From NCBI GenBank assembly GCA_050014195.1, contig JBEKDT010000009.1, positions 1 through 64,000 on the forward strand: a stretch of DNA of 64,000 nucleotides, written 5' to 3'. The notes beneath the pieces are model-generated. The model was given only the letters and a program-made list of their open reading frames with translations, was not told where the DNA came from and ran no database searches. How positions within the stretch are numbered: position 1 is the stretch's first letter; every line of letters starts with the position of its first letter. Both the position numbers and the translations under genes were made by a program. The DNA comes from Desulfomonilia bacterium. Lineage in GTDB: Bacteria > Desulfobacterota > Desulfomonilia > UBA1062. Below, piece by piece: positions 28,591-38,807 of this stretch.

Positions 28591-29165
28591 AGGTGGGCTT
28601 TTGTTGAGGGTATGTCGGTGCCCGTGACGGCGATGGCCTCCTTGAAGGCACAAGCAAAAGCCTTGAAGCAGGCCTCGGCCAGGTGATGGCCGTTCCCGCA
28701 GGCGAAGATGGTCATGTGCATGGTAATGCCTGCCCGAAAGGCCAGTGACCGGAAGAATTCGGGTATGAGCTCAAGGTCAAGGTCGCCTGCCTTGCCGTGG
28801 AAGACATCCTCGCCATGGATGACAAAGAACGGTCTCCCCGAGATATCGAGACATACCTCGACCAATGCCTCGTCCATGGGGACCTTGGCCAGACCGTACC
28901 TGGTAATCCCGCGCTTCTCGCCTAGGGCACCCTTGATCGCATTTCCCAGCACGATGCCGATGTCCTCCACGGTGTGGTGCAGGTCCACGTGCACGTCGCC
29001 CTTTGCCTCCACCTTGAGCCCGATACCGGCATGTTTGGCAAAGGCATCGAGCATATGTGACAGGAACCCTGAGGGTATGTTCAGGCTGAAACTACCCCCG
29101 TCCAGGCAGATGTTTACCGAGATCTCGGTCTCTTTGGTCTTTCTGGTGACTGTGGCCTCTCTCAT
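28587..29165 (-). CDS. hisB: Imidazoleglycerol-phosphate dehydratase
   Basis: RKTKETEI, DLHHTVEDIGI, NGHHLAEACFKA. Confidence 0.96.
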   Translation of the reverse strand: MREATVTRKTKETEISVNICLDGGSFSLNIPSGFLSHMLDAFAKHAGIGLKVEAKGDVHVDLHHTVEDIGIVLGNAIKGALGEKRGITRYGLAKVPMDEALVEVCLDISGRPFFVIHGEDVFHGKAGDLDLELIPEFFRSLAFRAGITMHMTIFACGNGHHLAEACFKAFACAFKEAIAVTGTDIPSTKAHL

Positions 29166-31837
29166 ACACCCCCCTTAACGGCATCCTTAAAGGCGGCAAT
29201 GGCTGTATCGATAGATCCCGTATCCGGGACCCCGCCCTGGGCGAACAGATCCTTGCCGCCACCCCTGCCACCCACGGCCTCCATGATCTTCTTCATGATT
29301 TTTCCTGCATTTACCTTACCGGCAAGGTCGTTCGTGACCATCACCATGAAGGTAGCCTTGCCGCTTGCGGGTGAAGCCAGGAATACCACGCCCGAGCCGA
29401 TCTTGTCTTTGATTCTATCTCCGAGCGATCTTATCTGGTCGATCTCGTCGACTTCCACATGCTTTATCACCACGGTAAAGCCGTCCAAGGCATATTCTTC
29501 TTCGCCTGCCTTGGCCGGGGTGCCGGTGGCGATACGGATATTGAGGTCCTTTATGGCGTTCTCCTGCTCCTTGATCTTGGCCTGCAGGGCACCGATGCGA
29601 TCAAAGATCTCTGAAGGCGCACACTTGAAACGCTCCGCCATACCGGAGACAAGCCCGGTAAGGGACTGGATGTGCTCCAGTGAGCGTGTGCCGGCAATGG
29701 CCTCGATTCTGCGCAGGCCCGCAGACACACTCGATTCGGACATCACCTTCACCAGGCCGATCTGGCCGGTGGATCTGCAGTGTGTGCCGCCGCAGAGCTC
29801 TACCGATACACCATCGCCCATGGTCACCACCCGCACCTCATCACCGTACTTTTCCGTGAAGAGCGCCATGGCGCCCTTGCCAAAAGCCTCATCCTTGGAG
29901 AGGATCTCCGTCTTAACGGGCAGATCTTCCAATACGAGCTGGTTCACTTTTGCCTCAACCTTTTCCAACTCATCGGAGCTCAAGGCGGCAAAGTGGGTGA
30001 AGTCGAACCTGAGCCTGCTATCGGTAACGAGAGAGCCCGACTGGTGTACATGCTCGCCCAGAACATCACGCAGGGCCTTCTGGAGCAGGTGGGTGGCGCT
30101 GTGGTGGCGCATGATGCTATTGCGCCTTGATGCATCTACTGAAAGTCTTACAGATTGCCCCTCATTGAATTCACCAGATTGTACTTCCACACGGTGTATA
30201 ATTACATCATTCTCAGTTTTTATCGTATCAACGACTTTGGCATTCCCACTTTCTGATGTCAAAGTGCCAGTATCCCCCACTTGCCCGCCAGATTCGCCAT
30301 AGAAAGGGGTAATATCTGTGATGATATTGAGATATTGGCTTTCTCCAGCATCATGTGAAGGAATCGGTTTACCCTGACCATCTACTGCTGGGATTACAAT
30401 TGGCAGGATTTCAAGGATATGTGCATCAGCCTCCATGGTATCATATCCCACAAATTTCACCATATGGTCTTTTGCAGATGAGCTAAAGGTGTCCGATAAC
30501 TCGACAATACCACCGAAAGCGGATGCCCCGCGGGCCTTTTTCCTCTGGAGTTCCATCTGGGCCTCAAAACCGGCTGTGTCGATACCGAATCCGGCCTTGC
30601 GGGCGATGTCCTCGGTGAGGTCCAGAGGGAAACCGAAGGTGTCGTAAAGGGCAAAGACCTCGAGACCGGGAAGAAGCTTCTCACCCTTTGCCTTCAGACC
30701 GGAGAGGATCTCATCCAGCAGGCTTAAGCCCCGGTCCAGGGTCTTCAGAAACCGTTCTTCCTCGTTGTCAATGACCTTGTCGATAAAATCTTTTCTGCCT
30801 ATCAGATCCGGGTAGACGTCACCCATCTCCCGGACCACCTTGAGGGCTACTTTGTGCAGAAAGGCACTGTTCATACCGAGAAGTTTGCCATGCCTGGCAG
30901 CCCTGCGGATGATCCGCCTGAGCACGTAACCGCGACCCTCGTTGGAAGGCAGAATACCATCGCCGACGAGGAAGGCGCTCGCCCGCGCATGGTCTGCAAT
31001 GACCCTGATGGAGACATCAAGATCCTCATTTGTGCCGTATTTCTTTCCCGCAAGGTCGCTGATAAAGGAGATGAGCGGGGCAAACAGGTCGGTGTCATAA
31101 TTGCTTTTTACCCCCTGGATTACCGCGGTGATACGCTCAAGCCCCATGCCCGTGTCAATGTTCGGTGCAGGCAGAGGTGTCAGGGTTCCGTCCACGTCGC
31201 GGTTGAACTGCATGAACACGAGGTTCCAGATCTCAAGGTAACGGTCGCAGTCGCACACGCCCACCTTGCAGTCGGGTCTGCGGCAGCCCACCTCAGGCCC
31301 CTGGTCGAAGAGGATCTCCGAGCATGGCCCGCAGGGTCCGGTATCGCCCATGGCCCAGAAGTTGTCCTTGTCGCCGAGCCTGAGGATCCTCTCAGGGGCG
31401 AGCCCGATGTGCTTGTGCCAGATATCATATGCCTCATCATCACTATGATGGACGCTCGCATAAAGCCTTGCCGGGTCCAGCCCCATGCGCTTCACGAGCA
31501 GGTCCCATGCAAAGTCAATGGCGCCCTGCTTGAAATAGTCTCCGAACGAGAAGTTGCCGAGCATCTCGAAGAAGGTGTGGTGGCGCGCCGTCCTGCCCAC
31601 GTTTTCCAGGTCGTTGTGTTTACCGCCTGCCCGTACGCATTTTTGGGAGGTTGTGGCCCGTGTATACGCCCTCTTCTCGGTACCCAGGAACGTGGCCTTG
31701 AACTGTACCATGCCGGCATTAGTGAAGAGCAGGCTTGGGTCGTCACCCGGTACGAGCGATGAACTCGGGACTTTTGTGTGTCCCTTTTCCTGAAAATAAT
31801 CCAAAAACATGCTGCGAATCTCAGAACCCTTCTTCAT
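29162..31837 (-). CDS. alaS: Alanine--tRNA ligase
   Basis: LLFTNAGMVQFK, HHTFFEMLGNFSFGDYFK, HSATHLL, ELCGGTH. Confidence 0.98.
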   Translation of the reverse strand: MKKGSEIRSMFLDYFQEKGHTKVPSSSLVPGDDPSLLFTNAGMVQFKATFLGTEKRAYTRATTSQKCVRAGGKHNDLENVGRTARHHTFFEMLGNFSFGDYFKQGAIDFAWDLLVKRMGLDPARLYASVHHSDDEAYDIWHKHIGLAPERILRLGDKDNFWAMGDTGPCGPCSEILFDQGPEVGCRRPDCKVGVCDCDRYLEIWNLVFMQFNRDVDGTLTPLPAPNIDTGMGLERITAVIQGVKSNYDTDLFAPLISFISDLAGKKYGTNEDLDVSIRVIADHARASAFLVGDGILPSNEGRGYVLRRIIRRAARHGKLLGMNSAFLHKVALKVVREMGDVYPDLIGRKDFIDKVIDNEEERFLKTLDRGLSLLDEILSGLKAKGEKLLPGLEVFALYDTFGFPLDLTEDIARKAGFGIDTAGFEAQMELQRKKARGASAFGGIVELSDTFSSSAKDHMVKFVGYDTMEADAHILEILPIVIPAVDGQGKPIPSHDAGESQYLNIITDITPFYGESGGQVGDTGTLTSESGNAKVVDTIKTENDVIIHRVEVQSGEFNEGQSVRLSVDASRRNSIMRHHSATHLLQKALRDVLGEHVHQSGSLVTDSRLRFDFTHFAALSSDELEKVEAKVNQLVLEDLPVKTEILSKDEAFGKGAMALFTEKYGDEVRVVTMGDGVSVELCGGTHCRSTGQIGLVKVMSESSVSAGLRRIEAIAGTRSLEHIQSLTGLVSGMAERFKCAPSEIFDRIGALQAKIKEQENAIKDLNIRIATGTPAKAGEEEYALDGFTVVIKHVEVDEIDQIRSLGDRIKDKIGSGVVFLASPASGKATFMVMVTNDLAGKVNAGKIMKKIMEAVGGRGGGKDLFAQGGVPDTGSIDTAIAAFKDAVKGGV

Positions 31838-32246
31838 GCATCCACTCCGAGTGTTTCATCCATTATAAGATCGAGAGGGAAACCCCTGCCTGCAAGGAAT
31901 CGGATAAGCTTAACCTTTGGCAGGTCATTTCTTTTCTCGATCATTTTTTTCATCCTCTTCCGTTCATCAAGCTCTGCCGGCAAGACCTTTACGGCATATG
32001 TCACGAAGACATCCGGCAAGCCGAGGCCTTCAAGAAAAACCCTGATGGCGTAATTCCCATAGCCTTTTTCCGCCATGAGCAGGGCCCTGCGCCTGGCATA
32101 CTCATAATCGTCAAGATACCCCAGCTCATTGATCCGGGCCATGACAGCCTCGATCACCTCGTCAGGGGCACCTTTGACTTTCAGTTTTTTTTTAGCTCAA
32201 AGGTGGAGACGGCCCTCCGGGAAATGACCGCTAACGCATAGCGCAC
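31834..32246 (-). pseudogene. recX: RecX regulator, frameshifted in an A9 run
   Basis: VRYALAVISRRAVSTFELKK then a frame change to LKVKGAPDEVIEAV..GYLDDYEYA...FLAGRGF; lies between pilT and alaS. Confidence 0.8.
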
Positions 32247-32250
32247 ACCC

Positions 32251-33432
32251 TCACTCGACGTCGCGATACTTGCCTTGCTGGTAGATGGTCGTCTTTGCGA
32301 GCGCATCGTTTTCCTCTTCCTTTTCCTCTTTTTCGAACTGATCCCACTTGCTGTCGGACGTGCCGCGAATACCCTTCATACGCAGTGCGAAGTCGTTGGG
32401 GTTGGTGGCGTTGCGCATGGCCTCGTGGTAACTGACCCTGCCGTCATTAACCAGAGACATGAGTGACTGGTCGAATGTCTGCATACCGTAGGACACGGTT
32501 CCGTCGGCTATGGCATCCGCGATCTCGCCGGTTCTGTTCTCATCGATAATGCACTCGCGGACCAGGGCCGTGGATACCAGTATCTCGGCCGCAGGCACCA
32601 CACCCTGGCCGTCGATCTTGGGCAGCAGCCTCTGGGATATGGCCGCCTTCAGCACGCCCGCGAGCTGGAGCCTGATCTGCAGGTGCTGGTGCGGCGGGTA
32701 CTGGGAGACGATACGCATGATGGTCTCTTTTGCATCCAGGGTGTGCAGGGTGGAAAACACGAGATGACCGGTCTCGGCTGCGGTGAGTGCGATATCTATG
32801 GTCTCACGGTCGCGCATCTCGCCTACGAGGATAACATCCGGGTCCTGCCGCAGCGCTGCGCGAAGCGCCATTGCAAATGAGTTCGTGTCCGAGCCCACCT
32901 CGCGCTGGTTGATAATTGACTTGCGATCCCGGTGGAGGAATTCGATGGGGTCCTCAATGGTAATCACATGGCAATTGCGGGTCGTGTTGATGTGGTCCAC
33001 CATGGCGGCCAATGTAGTGGATTTGCCGGAACCGGTGGTGCCGGTGACCAGGATGAGGCCCTTACGTTCAAGGCTGATACGCTTGAGCACCTCGGGGAGA
33101 TTCAGATCATCCAACTCCGGGGGATCGGTCGGCACGATCCTGAACACCATACCGTAGCTTCCCCTCTGCTTGAAGCAGTTGACCCTGAAGCGGGCCACAT
33201 GGGAAAGGCTATAGGCGAAATCTATCTCGTTGGTGGTCTCGAACTTGGCCTGCTGATACTGGTTCATGATGTTGTAGGCTATCGCATAGATGTCTTCGTT
33301 GGAGAGCTTGTTATGGTCACGCATGGGGATAAGCGCGCCGAACCTCCGAGTCACCGGCGGCAGCCCAACCTTGAGATGCACGTCGGATGCCGTGCTGTCG
33401 ACTGCATGTTTCAGTATCGGGTTAATATCCAT
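32251..33432 (-). CDS. pilT: PilT/PilU-family twitching-motility ATPase
   Basis: GTTGSGKST, TIEDPIE, ALRQDPDVILVGEMRD, TGHLVFSTLHT, GMQTFDQ. Confidence 0.92.
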   Translation of the reverse strand: MDINPILKHAVDSTASDVHLKVGLPPVTRRFGALIPMRDHNKLSNEDIYAIAYNIMNQYQQAKFETTNEIDFAYSLSHVARFRVNCFKQRGSYGMVFRIVPTDPPELDDLNLPEVLKRISLERKGLILVTGTTGSGKSTTLAAMVDHINTTRNCHVITIEDPIEFLHRDRKSIINQREVGSDTNSFAMALRAALRQDPDVILVGEMRDRETIDIALTAAETGHLVFSTLHTLDAKETIMRIVSQYPPHQHLQIRLQLAGVLKAAISQRLLPKIDGQGVVPAAEILVSTALVRECIIDENRTGEIADAIADGTVSYGMQTFDQSLMSLVNDGRVSYHEAMRNATNPNDFALRMKGIRGTSDSKWDQFEKEEKEEENDALAKTTIYQQGKYRDVE

Positions 33433-33451
33433 CTCTTTCTCCTAAGGCAGG

Positions 33452-34468
33452 CTAGCTTAGGGCATCATTAGCGACGATGTAGTTCTTTTTCACGGCTTCA
33501 GCGATCTCCTGGAAGATCTCCGGATGATCCCTGAGGAACACCTTGGCAGCCTCCCTGCCTTGGCCCAGCCGCTGTTTGTTATACGTATACCATGAGCCCG
33601 CCTTTTCAATGATGTTCTTATCGGATTGGCTTGCCACATCCAATAGCTCTCCGTAACGAGATATCCCCTCACCGAACATGATGTCGAACTCAACCTCTTT
33701 AAATGGCGGGGCCATCTTGTTCTTGACCACCTTTACGCGGGTCCGGTTTCCGATGACTTTGTCGCCGTCCTTGATGGGCCCGATGTTCTTGATCTGGAGC
33801 CTCACGCTCGCATAGAACTTCAGCGCGTTACCGCCTGTCGTGGTCTCGGGGTTTCCGTAGAGCACCCCTATCTTCTGGCGCGTCTGGTTGATGAACACGG
33901 CTGTTGTCTTGGTCTTGGAGATGGCTCCCGAGAGTTTGCGCAGGGCCTGGGACATGAGCCTGGCCTGCAGGCCCATGTGAGAATCACCCATGTCGCCCTC
34001 AATCTCGGCCCTTGGGACCAGGGCCGCGACAGAGTCGATCACCACGATATCTACGGCATTGGACCTCACCAGGGTCTCGGCAATGTCCAGGGCCTGCTCA
34101 CCCGAGTCGGGTTGGGAGACCAGGAGGTCGTCGATGTTAACCCCGAGCTTCTGGGCATAGCTCACATCCAGTGCATGCTCTGCATCGATGAATGCAGCCA
34201 CACCGCCTTGGGCCTGGGTGGATGCAATGCAATGGAGCGACAGGGTGGTCTTGCCTGAGGATTCCGAGCCGTAGATCTCCGTCACCCTCCCCCTGGGGAT
34301 GCCGCCGATGGCAAGTGCTTCAAAATCAAGCAGGAGTGACCCGGTGGAGATAACAGGCACACCCTTGCCGATGGCATCCGAGCCCATGCGCATAATGGAC
34401 CCCTTGCCGAATGACTTCTCGATCTTGGATATGGCATCTTCCAATGCCCGTTTCCTACCTTCTTCCAT
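33452..34468 (-). CDS. recA: Recombinase A
   Basis: [30 protein letters not shown]. Confidence 0.98.
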   Translation of the reverse strand: MEEGRKRALEDAISKIEKSFGKGSIMRMGSDAIGKGVPVISTGSLLLDFEALAIGGIPRGRVTEIYGSESSGKTTLSLHCIASTQAQGGVAAFIDAEHALDVSYAQKLGVNIDDLLVSQPDSGEQALDIAETLVRSNAVDIVVIDSVAALVPRAEIEGDMGDSHMGLQARLMSQALRKLSGAISKTKTTAVFINQTRQKIGVLYGNPETTTGGNALKFYASVRLQIKNIGPIKDGDKVIGNRTRVKVVKNKMAPPFKEVEFDIMFGEGISRYGELLDVASQSDKNIIEKAGSWYTYNKQRLGQGREAAKVFLRDHPEIFQEIAEAVKKNYIVANDALS

Positions 34469-34470
34469 CT

Positions 34471-35022
34471 CTATCCTCCTTTAACTCCCAGACTACTTCT
34501 ATGGAGAACGGTGTACTGAGCGCCGCTGGGTAACAATACACTGCGATACAAAAGGACCTCTGGTGCATTGAATATTCCCGTAACAGATTCGATTGAAAGA
34601 TCTACCATAGTTGGTGCCTTTAGTCTACCCAGGGTGATGTGGCCTGAAAAGGGCCTTTTCTCCTTGGCAATGCCGTATGCGGTGCATAGCTTATCTATGT
34701 TTGCAGTCAATTGAGAAATCTCCTGCATGTCTCCTGCAAGCCCCACCCAAACTACTTTTGCACGCTTAACGTTTGGGAATGCACCGAAGCCTGCAAGCGA
34801 CAGGTTCAGAGGCGGGCATAGGGAAGCCGCTGTATCAAGCTCGGCCGAGAGCGGGGCGACGGTCTCTTCACTGATGTCTCCCAGAAACTTCAAGGTAATG
34901 TGAAGCACCTCGGGCTTCACCCACCTCACGCCGCGGTTTTTGGCCTTGAGCAGGATAATTGCCGAATCTACAGATGCCTTGATGTATTCAGGAATGGGGA
35001 TCGCGATAAATGTCCTGATCAT
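34471..35022 (-). CDS. thpR: RNA 2',3'-cyclic phosphodiesterase
   Basis: Two HxT motifs ([16 protein letters not shown]). Confidence 0.92.
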   Translation of the reverse strand: MIRTFIAIPIPEYIKASVDSAIILLKAKNRGVRWVKPEVLHITLKFLGDISEETVAPLSAELDTAASLCPPLNLSLAGFGAFPNVKRAKVVWVGLAGDMQEISQLTANIDKLCTAYGIAKEKRPFSGHITLGRLKAPTMVDLSIESVTGIFNAPEVLLYRSVLLPSGAQYTVLHRSSLGVKGG

Positions 35023-36091
35023 TAATAAGGTTTCTTAGCATAAACAACGCGATTTTGGCACTGATCATCTTATTGCCGTCCCGGTCAAAGGAGAACTGTC
35101 TCATCTGTGAGACCTGATGATTCTTTGTGCCCACACAGACCCACACCGTGCCCACAGGCTTTTCCAGGGTTCCTCCGTCTGGTCCTGCTATGCCGGTCAC
35201 GGCCATGCCGACATCCGCCCCGGTGAGCCTGAGCGCGCCATAGAGCATGGCTCGGGCTACCTGTTCGCTTACTGCGCCGTAGCGATCAAGGTCGGATTTG
35301 TCGACCCCAAGGACATGAGCCTTCATATCGTTGCTGTAGGATACGACAGAACCGATGAAGTAATCGGAACTGCCGGGCACCTGGGTGATAAGATGCCCGA
35401 GAAGCCCGCCGGTGCAGGACTCTGCAGCAGTACAGGTGAGACCCCTTGCCCTCATGAGATCGCCGAAGGTGCTTGCCAGGTCTTTGCCCTTAAGGGCATG
35501 GATGCCCAGGATAGACCGTATCTGTGCCTCCAAAGAAATAGGTACCACCAGGGCGATCTCCTTTTCCCTGGGCAGATAGCCGCATTTCTCGGCCAATGGC
35601 CCGATGCGCTCGGCGATCTCCACTTCCCGCAATCCGAAGACCGGGATCTCTTTGGTGGCGGGGATGTCACCTCCAAGCCCCTCGATCACGAGCGGGAACA
35701 TGGCAAAGGATTCTTTTGGCACCCCCGGGAGGAACACCACTCGGGTGCCGTCGAACCTGAGGTCGATACCCAGGGCGGAGCCCACGGGGTTTGCGATCTG
35801 CCCTTCAGAAGTCGGCTCTAGACGTTTTTTCAGTGCTTCAACGGCAGGTCTGGTCGTATCATCCGGGGTCAGGCCGAGCCCGCCGGTGACTACAATAAGA
35901 TCGGCCTGACCAACGAGTTCAAGAATGGTCGAGCAGAGCCTGTCCGGGGCATCAGAGATCATCCTCACCTCGGCAACCGTTATCCCTTTTGCAAAGAGCC
36001 GGGCGGCAAAGGGCTGGACAAGGGCGTCGGTACGCCTGCCGGTGATGATCTCACTCCCGGTGATGACGAATGCCGCATTCATGGGTTTCAC
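34988..36091 (-). CDS. cinA: CinA-like protein with C-terminal NMN deamidase (PncC)
   Basis: TGGLGLTPDD, AESCTGG, TGIAGPDGG..KPVGTV. Confidence 0.9.
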   Translation of the reverse strand: MKPMNAAFVITGSEIITGRRTDALVQPFAARLFAKGITVAEVRMISDAPDRLCSTILELVGQADLIVVTGGLGLTPDDTTRPAVEALKKRLEPTSEGQIANPVGSALGIDLRFDGTRVVFLPGVPKESFAMFPLVIEGLGGDIPATKEIPVFGLREVEIAERIGPLAEKCGYLPREKEIALVVPISLEAQIRSILGIHALKGKDLASTFGDLMRARGLTCTAAESCTGGLLGHLITQVPGSSDYFIGSVVSYSNDMKAHVLGVDKSDLDRYGAVSEQVARAMLYGALRLTGADVGMAVTGIAGPDGGTLEKPVGTVWVCVGTKNHQVSQMRQFSFDRDGNKMISAKIALFMLRNLINDQDIYRDPHS

Positions 36092-36543
36092 ACAATCTTC
36101 CTGGTCAGGTGCAGGACAAGAGCGGCCATTATCCCTGCAGCAATGTCGTCGGCCATGATCCCTACTCCGCCTTGCACCCGTTTGTCTATGGTCCCCACAG
36201 GCGGCGGCTTGACAATGTCAAAGAACCTGAAGAGTGCGGTGCCGATGATGATGTCTTTCAGCCGGGTAGGCCGTGAGATGAGCGTGACGAGCAGTCCGCA
36301 GACCTCATCGATCACCACCCGTGGCGGGTCTTTGCCCCATTCATGCTCCATCTTCCCGGCCGCAACAGCACCAATAATAATGAGCAGGGCGGTAATGACC
36401 AGGTAGCATGCAAAGGGAAGCCTTCGCATAACAAGATAGAGGGGCAACGCCGCTATGGTGCCGAAGGTGCCGGGCGCCTTCGGAAGATTGCCAGCGCCGA
36501 AAAAGGTAGCAATGACTTCCATGATGTGTCTAGGCCTATCCAT
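36088..36543 (-). CDS. pgpA: Phosphatidylglycerophosphatase A
   Basis: APGTFGT, DPPRVVIDEVCG, LFRFFDIVKP, GIMADD. Confidence 0.94.
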   Translation of the reverse strand: MDRPRHIMEVIATFFGAGNLPKAPGTFGTIAALPLYLVMRRLPFACYLVITALLIIIGAVAAGKMEHEWGKDPPRVVIDEVCGLLVTLISRPTRLKDIIIGTALFRFFDIVKPPPVGTIDKRVQGGVGIMADDIAAGIMAALVLHLTRKIV

Positions 36544-36548
36544 TCTTC

Positions 36549-36899
36549 TTAGTGCGGGTCCTTGATTTTTTCGATCTCGCCGATCAGCTTTTTTAACGGT
36601 CCTGCGATGAGACCATCCATTTCAGTAAGCATCCCCTGGAATCGATTTACGATTGTTTCGCCTTGAGGGGTAAGATGGGCACCTATTCTTCCGTGCCTGC
36701 CTTTTTCCATAAGGTCGATCCCGAGCCGGTTTTCAAAATCCCTCACCTTGCCCCATGCCGCCCGATAAGACATCTTGAGAATTTGGGCGGCCTTTTGGAG
36801 AGAGCCTTTGTCCCTGACCAGGACAAGCAACTGGTATATCCCTATACCAAAAACATTTTTTCCATCTTTTTCAATCCATATCTTATACCGGAAATCCAT
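36549..36899 (-). CDS. ModE-family winged-helix regulator
   Basis: YKIWIE..FGIG..GSLQKAAQILKMSYRAAW. Confidence 0.88.
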   Translation of the reverse strand: MDFRYKIWIEKDGKNVFGIGIYQLLVLVRDKGSLQKAAQILKMSYRAAWGKVRDFENRLGIDLMEKGRHGRIGAHLTPQGETIVNRFQGMLTEMDGLIAGPLKKLIGEIEKIKDPH

Positions 36900-37018
36900 A
36901 TCAGCGGAATAGCATGAAGTGCCGGAGAGTTCAATACATCCCAAGGAGACGATAGTTGTTGATTCACAAGGCCCGAATACGATATGAAGATTCTGAAAAA
37001 TAAGTCAGGGAGCTTCTC

Positions 37019-38311
37019 ATGAAGGCATGTCCGATATCGAAATTTTCTCATCACATAAGTGAGACGGTTACTGTCAAGGGATGGGTCGCCAACCGGAGAT
37101 CGAGCGGCAAGGTATCCTTTCTGATTATACGCGACGGATCCGGAGCCTGCCAGGCCATTGCAGAGAAGGAGGTCATGGGCGATTTCTACGAAGAGATCAG
37201 GAAACTGCCGTTAGAGTCCTCGGTGGTTGTCACAGGGAACGTCGTGGAAGAACCCAGGTCACCCGGCGGCTATGAGTTGCATGTTTCGGGCATGGAAATC
37301 CTGCAGAAATCGGAAGAATTCCCCATCGGCAAGAAGGAGCACGGTCCGGACTTCCTGCTGGGGATACGCCACCTGTGGCTGCGTACACCCAGGCAGGTCG
37401 CTATTATGCGGGTTCGTGACGCGCTGGTCAGGTACGTGCGAGAGTTCTTTTATAAGAACGATTTCACCCTTATCGACACCCCCATCTTCACTACCACCGT
37501 AGGTGAGGATTCATCAAATCTCTTCTCGGTGGAATACTTTGATCTGGGGAAGACCTACCTGTCGCAGACAGGACAGCTCTACCTCGAGGCAGCCATCTTC
37601 GGTCTCGGCAAGGTCTACTGTCTGGGGCCTACCTTCAGGGCCGAGCGCTCCAAGACCAGACGGCACCTCACGGAGTTCTGGATGGTAGAGGGTGAGATGG
37701 CCTTCTTCGAACATAAGGATAACCTGGAGCTCCAGGAGAACTTCGTTTCGGCCATCGTGCAGAACACCATCAGAGAAAAGGCCGATGAACTGAAAAAGCT
37801 CGAGCGCGATATCGAGCCCCTGAAGAAGGTGGAGCCGCCGTTTTTCAGGGTTACCTATGACGAGGCAATCGAGATTCTGCATAAGCATGGCTCAGACATT
37901 CAGTGGGGCTCCGACCTGGGTGGGGACGATGAGACCATCATCACGCAACTTTTTGACAAGCCCGTGTTCATCGAGTGTTATCCCAAGAAGACCAAGGCCT
38001 TCTACATGAAACAACATCCTGAAAGGTCCGAACTCGTCCTGTGCGCTGATCTGCTGGCCCCGGAAGGCTATGGTGAGATCATCGGCGGATCGCAGCGCGA
38101 AGACAACCCGGAGATACTTATGAAATCCATCCTTGATAATGGGTTGGACCCCGAGCGCTATGGGTGGTACTTCGACCTCAGAAAGTACGGCAGCGTGCCG
38201 CATTCCGGGTTCGGTCTCGGCATAGAGCGGACTCTTTCGTGGATCTGCGGGCTCAAGCATGTACGCGAGACCATCCCCTTCCCGAGGATGCTCTATAGGG
38301 CATATCCGTAA
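37019..38311 (+). CDS. asnS: Asparagine--tRNA ligase
   Basis: GWVANRR, YLSQTGQLY, FRAERSKTRRHLTEFWM, YGSVPHSGFGLGIER. Confidence 0.96.
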   Translation: MKACPISKFSHHISETVTVKGWVANRRSSGKVSFLIIRDGSGACQAIAEKEVMGDFYEEIRKLPLESSVVVTGNVVEEPRSPGGYELHVSGMEILQKSEEFPIGKKEHGPDFLLGIRHLWLRTPRQVAIMRVRDALVRYVREFFYKNDFTLIDTPIFTTTVGEDSSNLFSVEYFDLGKTYLSQTGQLYLEAAIFGLGKVYCLGPTFRAERSKTRRHLTEFWMVEGEMAFFEHKDNLELQENFVSAIVQNTIREKADELKKLERDIEPLKKVEPPFFRVTYDEAIEILHKHGSDIQWGSDLGGDDETIITQLFDKPVFIECYPKKTKAFYMKQHPERSELVLCADLLAPEGYGEIIGGSQREDNPEILMKSILDNGLDPERYGWYFDLRKYGSVPHSGFGLGIERTLSWICGLKHVRETIPFPRMLYRAYP

Positions 38312-38316
38312 ATAGA

Positions 38317-38493
38317 TTCTGTCCTTTCTTTTAGTGCTAAAAGAAAGGACCAAAGAAAACGCACCCCAAGAACCCGCCCTAAAGGGTCCGTTCGCTCGCT
38401 TGGAAAATCCGGGCAGCGGCTAACTCGCTTCGCTCGAACATGAGCCGCTTTCTTCCTGAATTTTCCTGCACTCGCTCACCGGGTTCAAGGGGA
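38317..38493 (+). repeat. ~180-bp MITE-like repeat, left copy
   Basis: Reverse-complement match to 39512-39698 (e.g. TTTTCCTGCACTCGCTCACCGGGTTCAAGGGG, GGGTCCGTTCGCTCGCTTGGAAAATCCGGG). Confidence 0.85.
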
Positions 38494-38722
38494 CCCATAA
38501 CCCCCATATGCATCACGGTAGATTTAGATTTTGTAGGGGCAGCCCTTGTGGCTGCCCTTTACTGTGTCATCCCCGCGGAAGCGGGAATCCAGTCTTTTTA
38601 TTAACTTTCTCAATCTGGATAATTTCAAGAATAGAGAGTATTAGGTTCTATGTGGCATGATAATGCACCCCTGATCCTCCAAAACACCACACAGGAAAAA
38701 GTAGCACGCATGTGCCCTGAAT

Positions 38723-38797
38723 ATCCGGATATACGGCAATTGTGCTTCGGATAACTACTTATGTGAAGCACAATTGCAGTATAGTTATTGTTAGCGC
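38723..38797 (+). other. attI-like site
   Basis: ATCCGGATATACGGCAATTGTGCTTCGG...GCAGTATAGTTATT-GTTAGCG, homologous to the 6739-6814 site. Confidence 0.68.
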
Positions 38798-38807
38798 AGG
38801 ATAAGAC

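Noticed and set aside
29199-31762. Long plus-strand ORFs opposite alaS (likewise 42143-43366, 51105-51968, 56030-56917)
   Set aside because: Antisense shadows of well-supported GC-rich genes, with no recognisable motifs.
38651-38668. sigma54 promoter upstream of the attI-like site
   Set aside because: GG-to-GC spacing is 9 rather than the required 10 nt.
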